Source of the DNA: Candidatus Bathyarchaeota archaeon
GTDB lineage: Archaea; Thermoproteota; Bathyarchaeia; Bathyarchaeales; Bathycorpusculaceae
DNA length: 64,000 nucleotides
Assembly: GCA_963717465.1 (NCBI GenBank)
Contig: OY970340.1
Location: forward strand, 448,001-512,000
Direction: 5' to 3'
Shown: positions 1-11,214 of the stretch, in pieces
Position numbering within the stretch: the stretch's first letter is position 1
Layout: each line of letters begins with the position of its first letter
The notes under the pieces: model-generated
What the model was told of the DNA's origin: nothing
Databases searched by the model: none
The model's input: the letters and a program-made list of their open reading frames with translations, nothing else
Made by a program: the position numbers and the translations under genes

Positions 1-117
1 CAAGCAGTTTTTGCAAGTGCCAAATTTTTTAAAAACAAGGAAGATTAAAAAAGATACAGATAAACGTAACACAGATAAGCAACCGTATTTTAAAAATTGC
101 TAAGAAGGGCAAACAAG

Positions 118-1143
118 TTGGCTAAAACTTACAATGTCGCCATCCTTAAGGGCGATGGAATTGGACCAGAAGTCACAGAAGCAACCATAAACGTTCTGGA
201 CATGATCCAGGAAAAGTCAGATTTCAAATTGAATTATCTTTATGGCGAAGCAGGTTTTCACTGTATAGAAAAGTATGGCACAAACCTGCCTAAAGAAACT
301 GTTGAGTTGATTAAGCAGACCAAGGCTTGCCTGAAGGGTCCGATGACGACTCCTGAAGAGCCAGGTGCACCAGTAAGCGTCGCAGTTACGCTTCGCAGGA
401 TGTTTAATCTTTATGCGAATGTGCGTCCATGTAGAAGCTTTCCAAGCGTTGAATCCCTGAAGCCAAACATTGACTTAATCGTTGTCCGGGAAAACACTGA
501 AGGCTTGTATTCAGGCGCAGAATCCTTGCTTGCTCCAGGCGTTGGAATTGCTTTGCGAATAATTACCAGAGAAGCTTCCTTGAAAATTGCGGATTTCGCT
601 TTCAAGCTGGCAACTCAACGCAGAAAGCACTTGACGTATGTTCACAAAGGTAACATTCTAAGAATCACAGATGGCATATTCAAAGACGCGGTGAAAGAGA
701 CTCAACAGAAATATCCTGACGTAACCGTTGATGATTTACACATTGACGCTGCAACAATGCAGCTCATCAAGAAACCAGAGTCGTACGATGTGATGGTTAC
801 GACTAATCTTTTCGGCGACATCCTTTCAGACGAAGCGGCGCAAGTTACTGGAAGTTTAGGGTTAGCAGCAGGAGCAAACATTGGCCAAACCTACGGCATG
901 TTCGAGCCAGTTCACGGAAGTGCACCAAAATACACAGGCATGAACCGCGTAAATCCAATAGCCACGATAATGGCTGCCTCAATGATGCTTGATTACCTTG
1001 GCGAAAAGAACGCGGCACAAAAAATCGAGAATGCCATAATTTATGTGCTTAAAGAAGGCAAAGTAAGAACCGCAGATCTAAATGGTTCAGCTACGACGAG
1101 CGAAATGGGCAAAGCCATATCTGAAAAAATAAAAATTTCCTAA
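118..1143 (+). CDS. Isocitrate/3-isopropylmalate/homoisocitrate dehydrogenase family protein
   Basis: GDGIGPEV, RENTEGLY and NLFGDILSD..FEPVHGSAP motifs. TTG at 118 is the likely start (ORF track starts at 97). Substrate not resolvable. Confidence 0.9.
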   Translation: MAKTYNVAILKGDGIGPEVTEATINVLDMIQEKSDFKLNYLYGEAGFHCIEKYGTNLPKETVELIKQTKACLKGPMTTPEEPGAPVSVAVTLRRMFNLYANVRPCRSFPSVESLKPNIDLIVVRENTEGLYSGAESLLAPGVGIALRIITREASLKIADFAFKLATQRRKHLTYVHKGNILRITDGIFKDAVKETQQKYPDVTVDDLHIDAATMQLIKKPESYDVMVTTNLFGDILSDEAAQVTGSLGLAAGANIGQTYGMFEPVHGSAPKYTGMNRVNPIATIMAASMMLDYLGEKNAAQKIENAIIYVLKEGKVRTADLNGSATTSEMGKAISEKIKIS

Positions 1144-1155
1144 ACCTTTATGGCG

Positions 1156-1993
1156 CTATTGCATGTTGACGAACGAGTTCGAATCAACGTGGACTTCTAA
1201 TTCGCCATTTTGAGCCTCCTTTACTCGTGCGTTAACCAAGTTGATTTTTGTATTCGGCTTAAGCGTTTTCAGTTCTTTTGCTTTCTCATCCCAAGCAACA
1301 ATCTTGATTGTTCCAGATTCATCTGCAATTAAAAAACGCATCACTAAACCATCTGTCATGTCGCTTCGAGTGAAGCTGGTTGAACCCAAAATTTGCTTGA
1401 CAATCCCTGAAATAATCGCAGATTTACAGTTTTTATTTAATTCACTAATTTTGCTTGAGAATTTCTCTGCGAGCGGGTAATCATAAACAGCTTGATCTTG
1501 TGGGATAATTTCAATTTGGCCTCTTGTGCCAAGATGCAATTCGATTTTGCCAAAATGATCTTCACGAGTGTACCCATGAGAAAACCTGACAATTTCACCT
1601 GGTTTCAGTGGGCTTTTTTCAATCATGTCAGCTTTTTCATTCCACAGTACGACCCTTAAAACCCCATCATTGTCAACCATCATTAAAGAGCAGTATTTGC
1701 CTGCTGACTTCTCGCCTTGAAAAGTCTTAACTGGGAAAACCGCTATTAACCTTCCAGCAACAGTCACATCGTTTAAGCCTGCAAGCAGGTTGCCTGAAGA
1801 TAAGCTTTCACTGTAAACTCTATTATGGGAAACTTCAACACCGTACTTAACGGCTATGCAACGCAAAAGTGTTTCATCACCAAGCAAACCGCCAGTTTTA
1901 GATTTTTCAGCCTGTATCATAGCAAAGATTTGTTCCCTAGTAATCTCTGGTTGCTTTGCAAGAATTTGCTTGATTAATTCTTCAGCTAGCCAT
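1156..1993 (-). CDS. Replication protein A / OB-fold ssDNA-binding protein (N-terminal indel near 1986)
   Basis: Two OB-fold repeats (DxxGxxrVVLWNEKA; DESGTIKIVAWDEKA). The frame continues upstream of 1920 as EELIKQILAKQPEITREQIF, reaching an ATG at 1993 via one indel. Confidence 0.8.
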
Positions 1994-2100
1994 GTTAAAC
2001 CTTCACGTATTAACCTTGGTTATTTTAAATTTTTGCACAAACAAGAAATGCGGCTAAGTTTATTAAATGCACATTCATTTTAAGAAACCTGTAGTAAAGA

Positions 2101-2371
2101 ATGGACCCACAAATTCTCTACACATTCGGCACTGCATTAATCATTGTAGGAATAATTCTTATAATCGCAGCAGTTGCAGTAATTTCTATTCGTAAAGGCA
2201 AAGACGAAAAAACCAAAACCGAAACTAAGCTGCTGGAATAATCATGATTGGGCCAATCCCGATAATTTTTGGAACAGACAAAAAATCAGTTAAAACATAA
2301 TAATACTTGCATTAGCACTTACGATTGTGCTCGTGATTGCGATGATAATATATTATTTCCTTTTGGGGTAA
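2101..2371 (+). CDS. DUF131/TIGR00304 small membrane protein (frameshifted)
   Basis: Manual translation MDPQILYTFGTALIIVGIILII...AGIIMIGPIPIIFGTDKK...IIYYFLLG. IGPIPIIFG is the family hallmark. Two indels. Confidence 0.75.
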
Positions 2372-2376
2372 AAAAC

Positions 2377-2687
2377 ATGCTTAGGCTCAGTGATACCCAA
2401 GAAAACGACGAAGATGAAGGAATAAGCTTTTCCAGCAGACTTTTTGGGGTCTTAATTTTAGGGTTTCTTTTAGTTTTTGTGGGCATAATTGTTTTGGCTA
2501 TTGCTTCCGCTTTCAGCAGTCGAATCAGGAAGTTTCAGTGCAGTAATTTTTATCGGTCCTATTCCAATCGTTTTCGGTGCGGGACCAAATGCTTACTTGG
2601 TTAATTTTAATTGGTATTTTACTTGCTGCTTTAAGCATAGTGTTTTTTTACTTATTTGTTAGGAAAAAGAGGTTCTATGATTACTGA
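2377..2687 (+). CDS. Second DUF131/TIGR00304 membrane protein (frameshifted)
   Basis: TM helix, then SAVIFIGPIPIVFGAGPNAY in a shifted frame. Confidence 0.7.
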
Positions 2688-2803
2688 TTTGTCTGCTCTT
2701 CATCCTCGCCATAATAAGCGTATAGGAAAATTAGAACTAGAGCTATGAATGCGCAACCCATTAGCATATATTCCAGTGCTGTGAAGAAAGCACCTAAGTC
2801 CAT
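2681..2803 (-). CDS. Small single-TM hypothetical protein
   Basis: MDLGAFFTALEYMLMGCAFIALVLIFLYAYYGEDEEQTNQ with GGAGA upstream of the ATG. Confidence 0.55.
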   Translation of the reverse strand: MDLGAFFTALEYMLMGCAFIALVLIFLYAYYGEDEEQTNQ

Positions 2804-2850
2804 TGATATTCTCCTTTGCAGCTTATCTATTCTTGTAACGTCATTAATAT

Positions 2851-3264
2851 TTAAGGAGTAGCTTTTTTCCATTCATTCATCACCTGTTCATAAACCTCAT
2901 CGTGCTCTTCCAAGTTTTCAAACCAGCTTAAATTTTGAGCAATTCTCTGAGCAAGCAGATGGTAACACATGTGAACCTTCTTATCAAGTACTCTGAAGTA
3001 AAAGTCGTCGCAAGTGCAGAATTCAGCTTCAGGCATTATCAAGTAATCTCGCTCTTTACCAACAACTATCCAAACTGTTCTGCCGCTTGGTTTGAAAACG
3101 TATTTTTTTACTCGATTCTCTTTTAACGCGTCTAATGCCCTTGTGAATCGCTGACCAAAAAGCTCGTAGAGGCTTGTAAGGTTGTTTCCTGAAAGTTTAC
3201 CCGTTGATTTTGCTTCTCTGCAGATCGCATTTAATGTGTCTAATTCTGAGTTATCGTCGTTCAT
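2851..3264 (-). CDS. SWIM zinc-finger protein
   Basis: FCTCDDF...MCYH (CxC..CxH) motif. Confidence 0.8.
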   Translation of the reverse strand: MNDDNSELDTLNAICREAKSTGKLSGNNLTSLYELFGQRFTRALDALKENRVKKYVFKPSGRTVWIVVGKERDYLIMPEAEFCTCDDFYFRVLDKKVHMCYHLLAQRIAQNLSWFENLEEHDEVYEQVMNEWKKATP

Positions 3265-3308
3265 TTATACACTCGCTTAACAGGAGAAAATTGACAGTCT
3301 TGACGCTT

Positions 3309-3910
3309 TTAGTCTATGTTGATTGGTTCTCCTTTTGGATCTTTTTTTGGTTCAGCTTTTGGAATTACTACTTCTAACACTCCGTTTTTGTAAGTCGAGG
3401 CTGCTTGCTTAATTTGTACTTTTGTGGGTAATTCTACGTCCTTGTAGTATTTGTATTGAGGTGTATCAACTGAAATCGTTAATGAGTCTTCGGTACCGTG
3501 AAGTTTAATGTCGGTTTTTTCTACACCTGGAAGCTCAACTACAACTCGGATTTCAGTATCGGTTTCAACAGTGTCGACAAGTGGTTCACGTTCTTCTTTT
3601 ACTTCTGGACCAGTTAAGCTTTTTTTGAGGTTGCCAAACTTGTTAATTTCCGGTTTCCCATCTGGCCCAATCTTCATGCTGTAGCCATAAACAAAGGGAC
3701 CGAATTCTTTAACTGTACTGCCATCAGGAAGCTTGCGTTCTTTAACGTAATCCTTCGGAACTTTTTCAGTGAATTTTTAAGTTCATTTTCCATCATCTTC
3801 TCCATTTCATTGAACAATGCATCTATGTCACCGAAAAACGGGTCTTTAGAATTTCGCCGCTTTTTGAACCATTCAGGATAATCGTCATCATCTGAAGACA
3901 ATTCATTCAC
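3309..3910 (-). CDS. hsp20: Archaeal small heat shock protein Hsp20 (frameshift near 3775)
   Basis: GPFVYGYSMKIGPDGKP..FGN, REPLVD, VVELPGVEK and YKNGVLEV. Split across ORFs 3674..3913 and 3309..3677. Confidence 0.9.
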
Positions 3911-4019
3911 CAAATTATTCTTGAGTTTTTCAATCCAATAAGTGTTATGTTACAAACCAAGCGTAACGCACATTAAAAAAAGCAAGCGTTCAACTCCACA
4001 TTTTCAAATTAATTTGCGA

Positions 4020-4862
4020 TTATATTTTCTTGAGCTGGCTTAAAGTTCCCAAGTATATGCCATCGAGCATGTAAATTTCAGCGTCATTCACATCCACAGC
4101 TTCCGAACGCAAAACTGGCCCAATTAAAGCTTCGCTGCCTACGCCTTTGCGCGGATGCATTTCATTTATGGGTCTGCCGCCCAAAAAATCGTTGAAACTC
4201 GGCATGATGAAAAGTTGCCTTGCCTTAGCCTTAATGTTATAGTTTTTCTCTAAAGTTTCGGTAAGTGTTCCTTCAATTTTGACGTTATGCTTTTGAAGAA
4301 GATTTTTGGTTAATAGTTCTGTGTTACATTTCGCTTTCATCCATACTTGCCTGTTAACCTTAAAGCCTGCTGGGTCCTTGAAGACTACTACAGGATGAAC
4401 GTGCCCCATGACAAGCGTTTTGCATGCTAGAAGTGCCGGTGAAGGCCACATGTGACCATGAAAAACTCCTACGTCCCCAATTACTGCGCCGGTTGCGGGA
4501 AGAAGCTCGACTTTTTCAGGCAGAAGAGGATCTAAGTTTGCGTCGTGGTTTCCTCGCACGATTGAAATGTTGCTTATGATTTTTGTTAGTTCTGAAAAGA
4601 AGTCGGGGATGTCATGCCACTCGCCGAGTTCAGCTTTTATTACTGTGTACTTTACGTCGCCAAGGATAACTAGTTCATTTGGCTTGTATTGATTGATGAT
4701 TACGGTTAGTTTTGAGAGGAGCTTTTGCGTTTGGCTGGGTATATGTATGCCTTTTTCTTGTAGGGCAGTTTCCCAACCGATATGGGGGTCAGCTATGAGG
4801 AGAGTTTTTGTTTTTTCTGTTTTTATTAAGGCTGCAGGATGTGGCAAAAGTAAAATTAGCAT
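4020..4862 (-). CDS. Calcineurin-like metallophosphoesterase
   Basis: DPHIG, GD, GNHD, HGH and GHVHP motifs. Confidence 0.85.
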   Translation of the reverse strand: MLILLLPHPAALIKTEKTKTLLIADPHIGWETALQEKGIHIPSQTQKLLSKLTVIINQYKPNELVILGDVKYTVIKAELGEWHDIPDFFSELTKIISNISIVRGNHDANLDPLLPEKVELLPATGAVIGDVGVFHGHMWPSPALLACKTLVMGHVHPVVVFKDPAGFKVNRQVWMKAKCNTELLTKNLLQKHNVKIEGTLTETLEKNYNIKAKARQLFIMPSFNDFLGGRPINEMHPRKGVGSEALIGPVLRSEAVDVNDAEIYMLDGIYLGTLSQLKKI

Positions 4863-5686
4863 TAGGGTTTTACCAAACTGAGGATTGTTTCGTGAATTTG
4901 CTTGTTGCCTGAAGCAACGAACTTTAACGTTTCTTTAGGATCTAACCGGTTATTCAACAGTTTATTTTCTGGAGTAGTAACCAACCCACCGGCTTCTTTG
5001 ATGATTAAAAAACCAGCGGCTACATCAGTTGTTCGAAGTTTTCCTCGGATATCAACAAAGGCATCGGTTAATCCATTGGCAACGTAGCATAGTTCAAGCG
5101 CGTTAGCCCCATAATGTCGAATATGTTTAGTCTTTCCGATTAGGTCTGTTAGGCGAGGGGCAACTTCTTTAACCTTATAAGTATTCAAGTCTAAGCCTAT
5201 GACTGCTTCTTCTAAACTTGTAACTTTTGAAGGCTTGATTTTTTCGCCGTCACGGTAAGCGCCTTTTCCTTCAAGCGCAGTGTAGGTGATATCGTGGAAA
5301 AGATCTGTAACTGAACCCGCGTAAACTTCGGATAGGAAGGGTTTTCTGGATATCGCTATTGACGAAGCATAGAATGGCAAACCCCTGACCAAGTTAGTTG
5401 TTCCATCAATCGGGTCGATAGTTACGTAGCATTCATCGGGTTTTTCCCCGAATTTTAGAAAGCCTGATTCTTCACTGATCAAAGTAAAAGAAACATTATT
5501 TTTTTGGAGAGTTTCAACGATTGCTTTTTCAGCAGCTAAATCGACTGGTTTCATGGGATCTCCACCAGCGCCTCTTCCTAAGTCAGGTTGCGGTTCATTC
5601 AATTTTTTAAGATGAGGTTTAATGCTTTTCTCAACGTTGTTTTTGCATTCCGCTAAAACTTTAAGCCAGTCAGGTTGGTTTTTCAT
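4862..5686 (-). CDS. Inositol monophosphatase / FBPase family
   Basis: SEESG, DPIDGTTN and DVAAGFLIIKEAGG motifs. Confidence 0.9.
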   Translation of the reverse strand: MKNQPDWLKVLAECKNNVEKSIKPHLKKLNEPQPDLGRGAGGDPMKPVDLAAEKAIVETLQKNNVSFTLISEESGFLKFGEKPDECYVTIDPIDGTTNLVRGLPFYASSIAISRKPFLSEVYAGSVTDLFHDITYTALEGKGAYRDGEKIKPSKVTSLEEAVIGLDLNTYKVKEVAPRLTDLIGKTKHIRHYGANALELCYVANGLTDAFVDIRGKLRTTDVAAGFLIIKEAGGLVTTPENKLLNNRLDPKETLKFVASGNKQIHETILSLVKP

Positions 5687-5759
5687 CAAGTTTACCTTCT
5701 CTGTTTGATATTGTGCAGTCCAATTGATAAAGACTGTCAATGAAAAGGTATGTGATCAG

Positions 5760-6194
5760 CTAACAGACAGAGCTTGATGTGATATTTAGCGTTGCATCAG
5801 GCACTACTTGAATCCACCAGTTAAGCGCTGTAAATGAATCGTTATAATAAATGATAAGTCTTGAAACTGAATCAATGCTTGCACAGCATGGAACGTTGCC
5901 ATTCCAAACTAATGTTTCTGTTTCACCAGGATTAAGCGTTAAATTCTGTGCAATCCCTGCCCATGACCATGAATTGCCTTCAAAAGCCGCGTTAACTGAC
6001 CAGTTACCTGCCGCGCCTCCACTGTTTGTAAAGCTAACTTGCACTGTGAATGCCGCTCCTTGAGTCTTGTCGACGACACAGTTTTGGTCTTGAGTTACTA
6101 TCAAAGAACATGCATTGGTCGTCATCGAGAAACAAGCAATGACCACTAAAAAAGCTATAACTATGCATGGCGCAACGTACTTCTTAATGCCCAT
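5760..6194 (-). CDS. Secreted/membrane-anchored hypothetical protein with an Ig-like beta domain
   Basis: N-terminal signal/TM segment; TNSG..G...LTLNPGET pattern. Confidence 0.6.
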   Translation of the reverse strand: MGIKKYVAPCIVIAFLVVIACFSMTTNACSLIVTQDQNCVVDKTQGAAFTVQVSFTNSGGAAGNWSVNAAFEGNSWSWAGIAQNLTLNPGETETLVWNGNVPCCASIDSVSRLIIYYNDSFTALNWWIQVVPDATLNITSSSVC

Positions 6195-6274
6195 TTCCCT
6201 TTCCCCTCTTTAGCTAGTGGATGCACCCTTGTTAATAATTATTTTGAAAAAATTGGCCGATTGCACTATCCATG

Positions 6275-7594
6275 TTATGGAGTTAACCTGATTCTATCTC
6301 GTGGGTAAAGAGTGACTTCGCGAATGTTTTTCTTTCCTGTTAGGATCATTGTTAGTCTTTCAAGGCCGATTGCCCATCCAGCGTGAGGGGGCATGCCATA
6401 ATCAAAAGCCTGTAGGTGATGGTTGAAAGAGTCGGGATTCAAGCCTTTTTCCTGTAACCTCTTGATTAAAAGCTCTTTTTCAGCGATTCTTGTACCGCCT
6501 GAAACCAATTCAATGTAACGCCACATTAAGTCGAATCCTTCGCAAAGTTCAGGATTATCTTCGCGTGGTTTAATGTAGAAGGCTTTAGAATGGGTTGGCC
6601 AATCAGTTAAGAAGTAAAAGAACGGGTAGAGTTTGCCTAGAACTCTGAAAGCTTCTGTTGGGATGTCTTGTCCCCATGGCACTTCAACGCCTTCTTTTTT
6701 GAGGTCGCTTAAGACTTGATCGTAGGTTAACCGTTTAAAGGGTAAAATTGGGACTGCAAACTTGTATTTCAATGTGGACAGTTGACTGCGGCACTTTTCC
6801 TGAACGGTCATGCAGGCATGGTGTATTACCTGCTCAAGTAGAGCCATAACGTCGTTGGCGTTACTGAACGCTTGCTCAATATCGATCGAGGTGAATTCGC
6901 TTAAATGACGCCTTGTATGTGATTCTTCAGCCCTAAAAAAGGGACCAACCTCAAAAACCTTTTCGAAACTGAGAACTAATTGCTCTTTATATAACTGCGG
7001 ACTTTGGGCAAGGTAAGCTTTTCGACCAAAATAATCGACGTTGAATAATTCTGCGCCGCCTTCCGTTGCTGACGCGATGATTCTTGGCGTGTGGACTTCT
7101 AAGAAGCCTTTTTCGAAAAGAAAGTCACGTATTGAAGACAAGGCGACATGCTGAATTTTAAACACAGCTAGGTTTTGTTCTTGACAAAGATCCAACGGTC
7201 TTGCGTCTAATCTGACTTCGATGTTAGCGGGAGTTTTACCTGTTACGTCGAGTGGAAGCTGTTCAGATGCAACGTTTAAGATTTTGATTTGGCTTGGAAT
7301 TAATTCGACGCCTCTTGAAGTCATAGATGTCTTCTTAACGGTGCCTTTGACGGCGATTGTGAAGCGTCTCTGCAAAAGTTCAGACTTAGATAGGACCTCA
7401 GGATTAATTTTTTTCTTAGGAAGCGTAACCTGTAGGGTGCCTTTGTTGTCTTGTAATATAATAAATCGGATTCCGCCTAAGTCACGTATATCCTGCACCC
7501 AACCAAAAACCGTTATTTCTTGATTATCTAATTCTGGCGTTACGGTGTCTGTATAATTAGACCTAATCCAATCCACAATGGAATCCAGCTTCAT
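6275..7594 (-). CDS. aspS: Aspartyl-tRNA synthetase (archaeal type)
   Basis: N-terminal OB domain, LAQSPQLYKE, FRAEESHTRRHLSEF, GMPPHAGWAIGLERL and PRDR. Confidence 0.96.
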   Translation of the reverse strand: MKLDSIVDWIRSNYTDTVTPELDNQEITVFGWVQDIRDLGGIRFIILQDNKGTLQVTLPKKKINPEVLSKSELLQRRFTIAVKGTVKKTSMTSRGVELIPSQIKILNVASEQLPLDVTGKTPANIEVRLDARPLDLCQEQNLAVFKIQHVALSSIRDFLFEKGFLEVHTPRIIASATEGGAELFNVDYFGRKAYLAQSPQLYKEQLVLSFEKVFEVGPFFRAEESHTRRHLSEFTSIDIEQAFSNANDVMALLEQVIHHACMTVQEKCRSQLSTLKYKFAVPILPFKRLTYDQVLSDLKKEGVEVPWGQDIPTEAFRVLGKLYPFFYFLTDWPTHSKAFYIKPREDNPELCEGFDLMWRYIELVSGGTRIAEKELLIKRLQEKGLNPDSFNHHLQAFDYGMPPHAGWAIGLERLTMILTGKKNIREVTLYPRDRIRLTP

Positions 7595-7607
7595 AAAATT
7601 CAACCTT

Positions 7608-8117
7608 TCAATCAGCGAATTCTACGCGCAATGACATTTTTCTTACTTTACTAGCAATCTCTTTTAACGACTTAAGGTCGAAAGGCAACTGTGCGCCACG
7701 TTTTCTCTTTAAAATTACACGCGTTTCAGTGGTTCCGTCAGGAAGCCAAATCGTGTTAATCGTTAATATGCTAAAAGGTATAAAAAGGTCCTCCAAGAAT
7801 TTACGGTCGTCAACACCGTTTTCGAGAATTCTAACGGATTTTCCAGTCTCGTCGCCTAATGCTTTAATGATTTTTCCGCCGTACCCAAGAAGCCTTGGCA
7901 CATCGCCGTGACCAATTATTATGGCTGAAGTTTTTCCCACATCAACAGCTTTACAAAATGTGACATTTTGCAATGAAGGATACTTTTCTTCTAGTGACTG
8001 AAGTAAACGAGCAATTTTCAGGTCTAACTCGGTTATCTCGCCAGCTTTAACTTTAGCTGCGCATTTTTGGCATAGTATGCCGCTTTTTAAGCAAAAACTA
8101 CATAGTTCCGTTTTCAT
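7608..8117 (-). CDS. NusA-like KH-domain protein with N-terminal Cys cluster
   Basis: CSFC..LCQKC and the KH motif LLGYGGKIIKAL. Confidence 0.75.
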   Translation of the reverse strand: MKTELCSFCLKSGILCQKCAAKVKAGEITELDLKIARLLQSLEEKYPSLQNVTFCKAVDVGKTSAIIIGHGDVPRLLGYGGKIIKALGDETGKSVRILENGVDDRKFLEDLFIPFSILTINTIWLPDGTTETRVILKRKRGAQLPFDLKSLKEIASKVRKMSLRVEFAD

Positions 8118-8172
8118 CCGAGTTTCACCTGCAACTTAGGAGTCAGCATTAGCTTTCTTGGCCGAAAGACGA

Positions 8173-8448
8173 TTATCTCTGTAGCGTTATTTCGATAGTG
8201 CTAACATTGGTAAGCTGTGCTTCATCCTGCTGTTGAAGCTGATCAGTTCCAATACCGATTCGAACAACTTTCACATCGGGCAGGAACCTGCGTCTCACAA
8301 CTTCCGCAACATCAATTGCTCTGCTTATGGCTTTTCCACGCGCCTTAATTTGGACCTGCTTAGTCCCTCCATGGAAAAACGTGATGCAAGCGAGGACATA
8401 GTTCATTACCGGTTTTTTCCCAATGAATACAGTGTTGTTCTCGGTCAC
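8173..8448 (-). CDS. albA: DNA/RNA-binding protein Alba
   Basis: [28 protein letters not shown] and [11 protein letters not shown] start at 8448. Confidence 0.93.
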   Translation of the reverse strand: MTENNTVFIGKKPVMNYVLACITFFHGGTKQVQIKARGKAISRAIDVAEVVRRRFLPDVKVVRIGIGTDQLQQQDEAQLTNVSTIEITLQR

Positions 8449-8689
8449 GCCTAAGCCTTTCTCCCAGTTTAATTTTAGGTTATGCTTCACTAAAGCTTTT
8501 TTTCCGAACATAAATACATTTTGGTAATTCCTTGGTTTTTGACTGAATGATTGTTAAGCGATTTCTTTCACAGTTTAAAATCCAGTTCTCTTTTGTGACA
8601 ATCATTGTATGATTAAGCATCAAATTCTTAAGTAACCTTGCAATTTAAAAGGTTCAAGTTACTGAAGGCAACAAAGGAGAAGGGTTATT

Positions 8690-9148
8690 GTGGAGCCACT
8701 GACCAAACGTTCAAACCAGCTTTTGAGAACACTCTTTGAGAAAGGCAAATCCACAAGCACTTACACGTTAAGAGTTAAACACGATGAGTTATCTAATCAA
8801 CTGGGAATAAGCAGACAAGCTCTAAACGTGCACTTACGTCAACTAAAGAATAACGATTACATACGCACAGGCAGAGGCTTCATAGATGTCACTGAAAAAG
8901 GATTAAACGCTCTGGGCGTTTCTACCACGCCCGCATTCATCCTCTTAAAAGTTACTCCTGTAAAAAGAATTCATGTTTATGAGCAGATACAGCAACTTCA
9001 AATTTCCAAGGCATACAGGATAGCAGGCGAAGTAGATGCCTTGATAATTGTTGAAAGAGAAAACCTGGACGAAACGTTAAAGAAACTGTACGAGATAGAT
9101 GGAATAGAAGATACTCGGTCTTACGTCACCATTGAAACGATTAAATGA
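8690..9148 (+). CDS. Lrp/AsnC family transcriptional regulator
   Basis: N-terminal wHTH (LSNQLGISRQAL) and C-terminal RAM domain (YRIAGEVD..). Confidence 0.8.
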   Translation: MEPLTKRSNQLLRTLFEKGKSTSTYTLRVKHDELSNQLGISRQALNVHLRQLKNNDYIRTGRGFIDVTEKGLNALGVSTTPAFILLKVTPVKRIHVYEQIQQLQISKAYRIAGEVDALIIVERENLDETLKKLYEIDGIEDTRSYVTIETIK

Positions 9149-9163
9149 GGCCTAAAGTATTTA

Positions 9164-10301
9164 TTGAAATTATACGAGTTTGAAGCTAAACAGCTTCTTG
9201 TAAAATATTCTATACCTGTCCCAGAAGGCATACTGCTAGCTGATGCTAAACAAACAGCCGATGTTGCAAATAAGTTAGCGCCGCCTTATGCTTTGAAAGC
9301 TCAAGTGTTGGTCGGTGGAAGGCAAAAGGCTGGGGGAATTTTATTTGCTGATTCAATTGAAGAAGCACAGAAAGCTGCTTCAACCCTTTTACGTATGGAA
9401 ATTAAGAATTTGCCTGTAAACAGATTGCTTGTTGAGAAAAAGGTTCCAGTAAAAAGAGAACTGTACGTTGGTGTAACTGTTGATCGTTTAAAACAATCGT
9501 ACGTTACTATTGCATCGGCGAACGGCGGAGTTGATGTTGAAGAAACAGCAAGCAAAAATCCGCTGGCAATTAATAAGATATTGATTAATCCACAACAAGG
9601 TTTCAAATCCTATCGAGCAACTGCAATGGCGAAAAAATTAGGGTACTGCGGAATCCAACTGTTAGAGTTAACAAACATTATCAAGAATTTGTATCAAGCT
9701 AGTTTTGAAAATGACGCTGAATTATTTGAGATAAATCCATTAGCAGAATTAACCGACGGAACGTTTACGGCTTTAGATTCACACGCATTAATCGACGACA
9801 ACGCGCTCTACAGGCAACGAGAATACAAGAACGATGCTTGCTGAACGGGAAAAAACGTCCGAGGAAAACTATGCCTTGAAAAAAGATTTATCATACATTA
9901 AACTTGACGGTGACATAGGCGTTATCGCGAACGGCGCAGGTTTAGAGATGACTACACTTGACCTCATTAATTATTATGGGGGAAAACCGGCGAATTTTTT
10001 GGACTTAGGTGGTGGGGCAACGATCCAAAGAATAACGCATGCTCTCCAAATTGTGCTCTTCGACGTAGATACAAAGACCGTTCTTGTCAACATTTTAGGC
10101 GGGATGACTCATTGCGACGAAGCGGCACAAAGCATCGTTGATACGCTTAAAGTTTATCGCGTTAGAAAGCCAGTTATTGTTAGATTAGCCGGAACCAATC
10201 AGGAAGAAGGAAAACGAATCCTTACAGAAGCGGGGATACAGTCTGTCGATAGCATGGAGGAAGCAGCAAAGCTTACGGTTGAAACTACGAAAAGGGGATA
10301 A
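9164..10301 (+). CDS. sucC: Succinyl-CoA synthetase beta subunit (frameshift near 9835)
   Basis: MKLYEFEAK, KAQVLVGGR.KAGG, EINPL, NGAGL and PANFLDLGGG. Split across two ORFs. Confidence 0.9.
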
Positions 10302-10307
10302 TGCAAA

Positions 10308-11198
10308 ATGGGGATTTTGATTAACAAGGATACCAGGACAATAGTGCAGGGAATGACTGGCAAACAGGGCAGTTATCACTGTGTACTCATGCGGGAATAC
10401 GGTACCAGAATAGTTGCAGGCGTGACCCCTGGAAAAGGCGGTACAATATTAAATAACGTTCCAGTCTTCGACATGGTTGAAGAAGCTGTGAAGAAATTTA
10501 CGCCTAACGCCTCCATAATTTTTGTGCCAGCTGAATCAGCCTTAGAAGCAGCTATGGAAGCAATAGATAACAAGATAAAAACTATCGTTATAATCACCGA
10601 GCGCCTACCAATAAAAGACGCAATATCACTGATTTACACAGCAACTCAAGCCCAAGTGACTATAATTGGACCAAATACGCCTGGAGTAATAACGCCTGGC
10701 GAATGCAAACTGGGAGTGATGCCAGCAAACGTTTTTACACCGGGAAACGTAGGCTTGATTTCAAGAAGCGGTACACTAACTTATGAAATCGCCAGTAATT
10801 TAACCAAAGAAAAAATTGGCCAATCCACATGCCTCGGAGTCGGCGGCGACCCAATTGTCGGATTCAACTTTATTGAATCACTAAAACGGTTCAAAGACGA
10901 CGAGCAAACAAAAGCCATTGTAATAATTGGAGAAATAGGCGGAAACCTTGAAGAATTAACCGCTCAATACATATCTCAAACGCATTATCCAAAGCCAGTT
11001 GTAGCATTTATCGCAGGAGTTTCTGCGCCGCCTGAAAAACGAATGGGACATGCAGGAGCTATAATAATGAATAATCAAGGAACAGCTAAAAGCAAAATCG
11101 AAGCGTTTACAAATGCAGGCGTTAAAGTTGCTGAAAAACCAAGCGATATAGCAAAACTACTGATAAAGGAACTGGGTACAGAAATTTTGATAAAATAA
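10308..11198 (+). CDS. sucD: Succinyl-CoA synthetase alpha subunit
   Basis: VAGVTPGKGG, IIGPNTPG, SRSGTLTYE and RMGHAGA (phospho-His). Confidence 0.95.
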   Translation: MGILINKDTRTIVQGMTGKQGSYHCVLMREYGTRIVAGVTPGKGGTILNNVPVFDMVEEAVKKFTPNASIIFVPAESALEAAMEAIDNKIKTIVIITERLPIKDAISLIYTATQAQVTIIGPNTPGVITPGECKLGVMPANVFTPGNVGLISRSGTLTYEIASNLTKEKIGQSTCLGVGGDPIVGFNFIESLKRFKDDEQTKAIVIIGEIGGNLEELTAQYISQTHYPKPVVAFIAGVSAPPEKRMGHAGAIIMNNQGTAKSKIEAFTNAGVKVAEKPSDIAKLLIKELGTEILIK

Positions 11199-11214
11199 AA
11201 AAGAAAAGGAAAGT

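Noticed and set aside
9830..9845. Programmed frameshifting or a genuinely split sucC (likewise tldD, pyrC, rps3ae, cofD)
   Set aside because: There are too many unrelated breaks and no shared slippery motif; sequencing indels are the simpler explanation.
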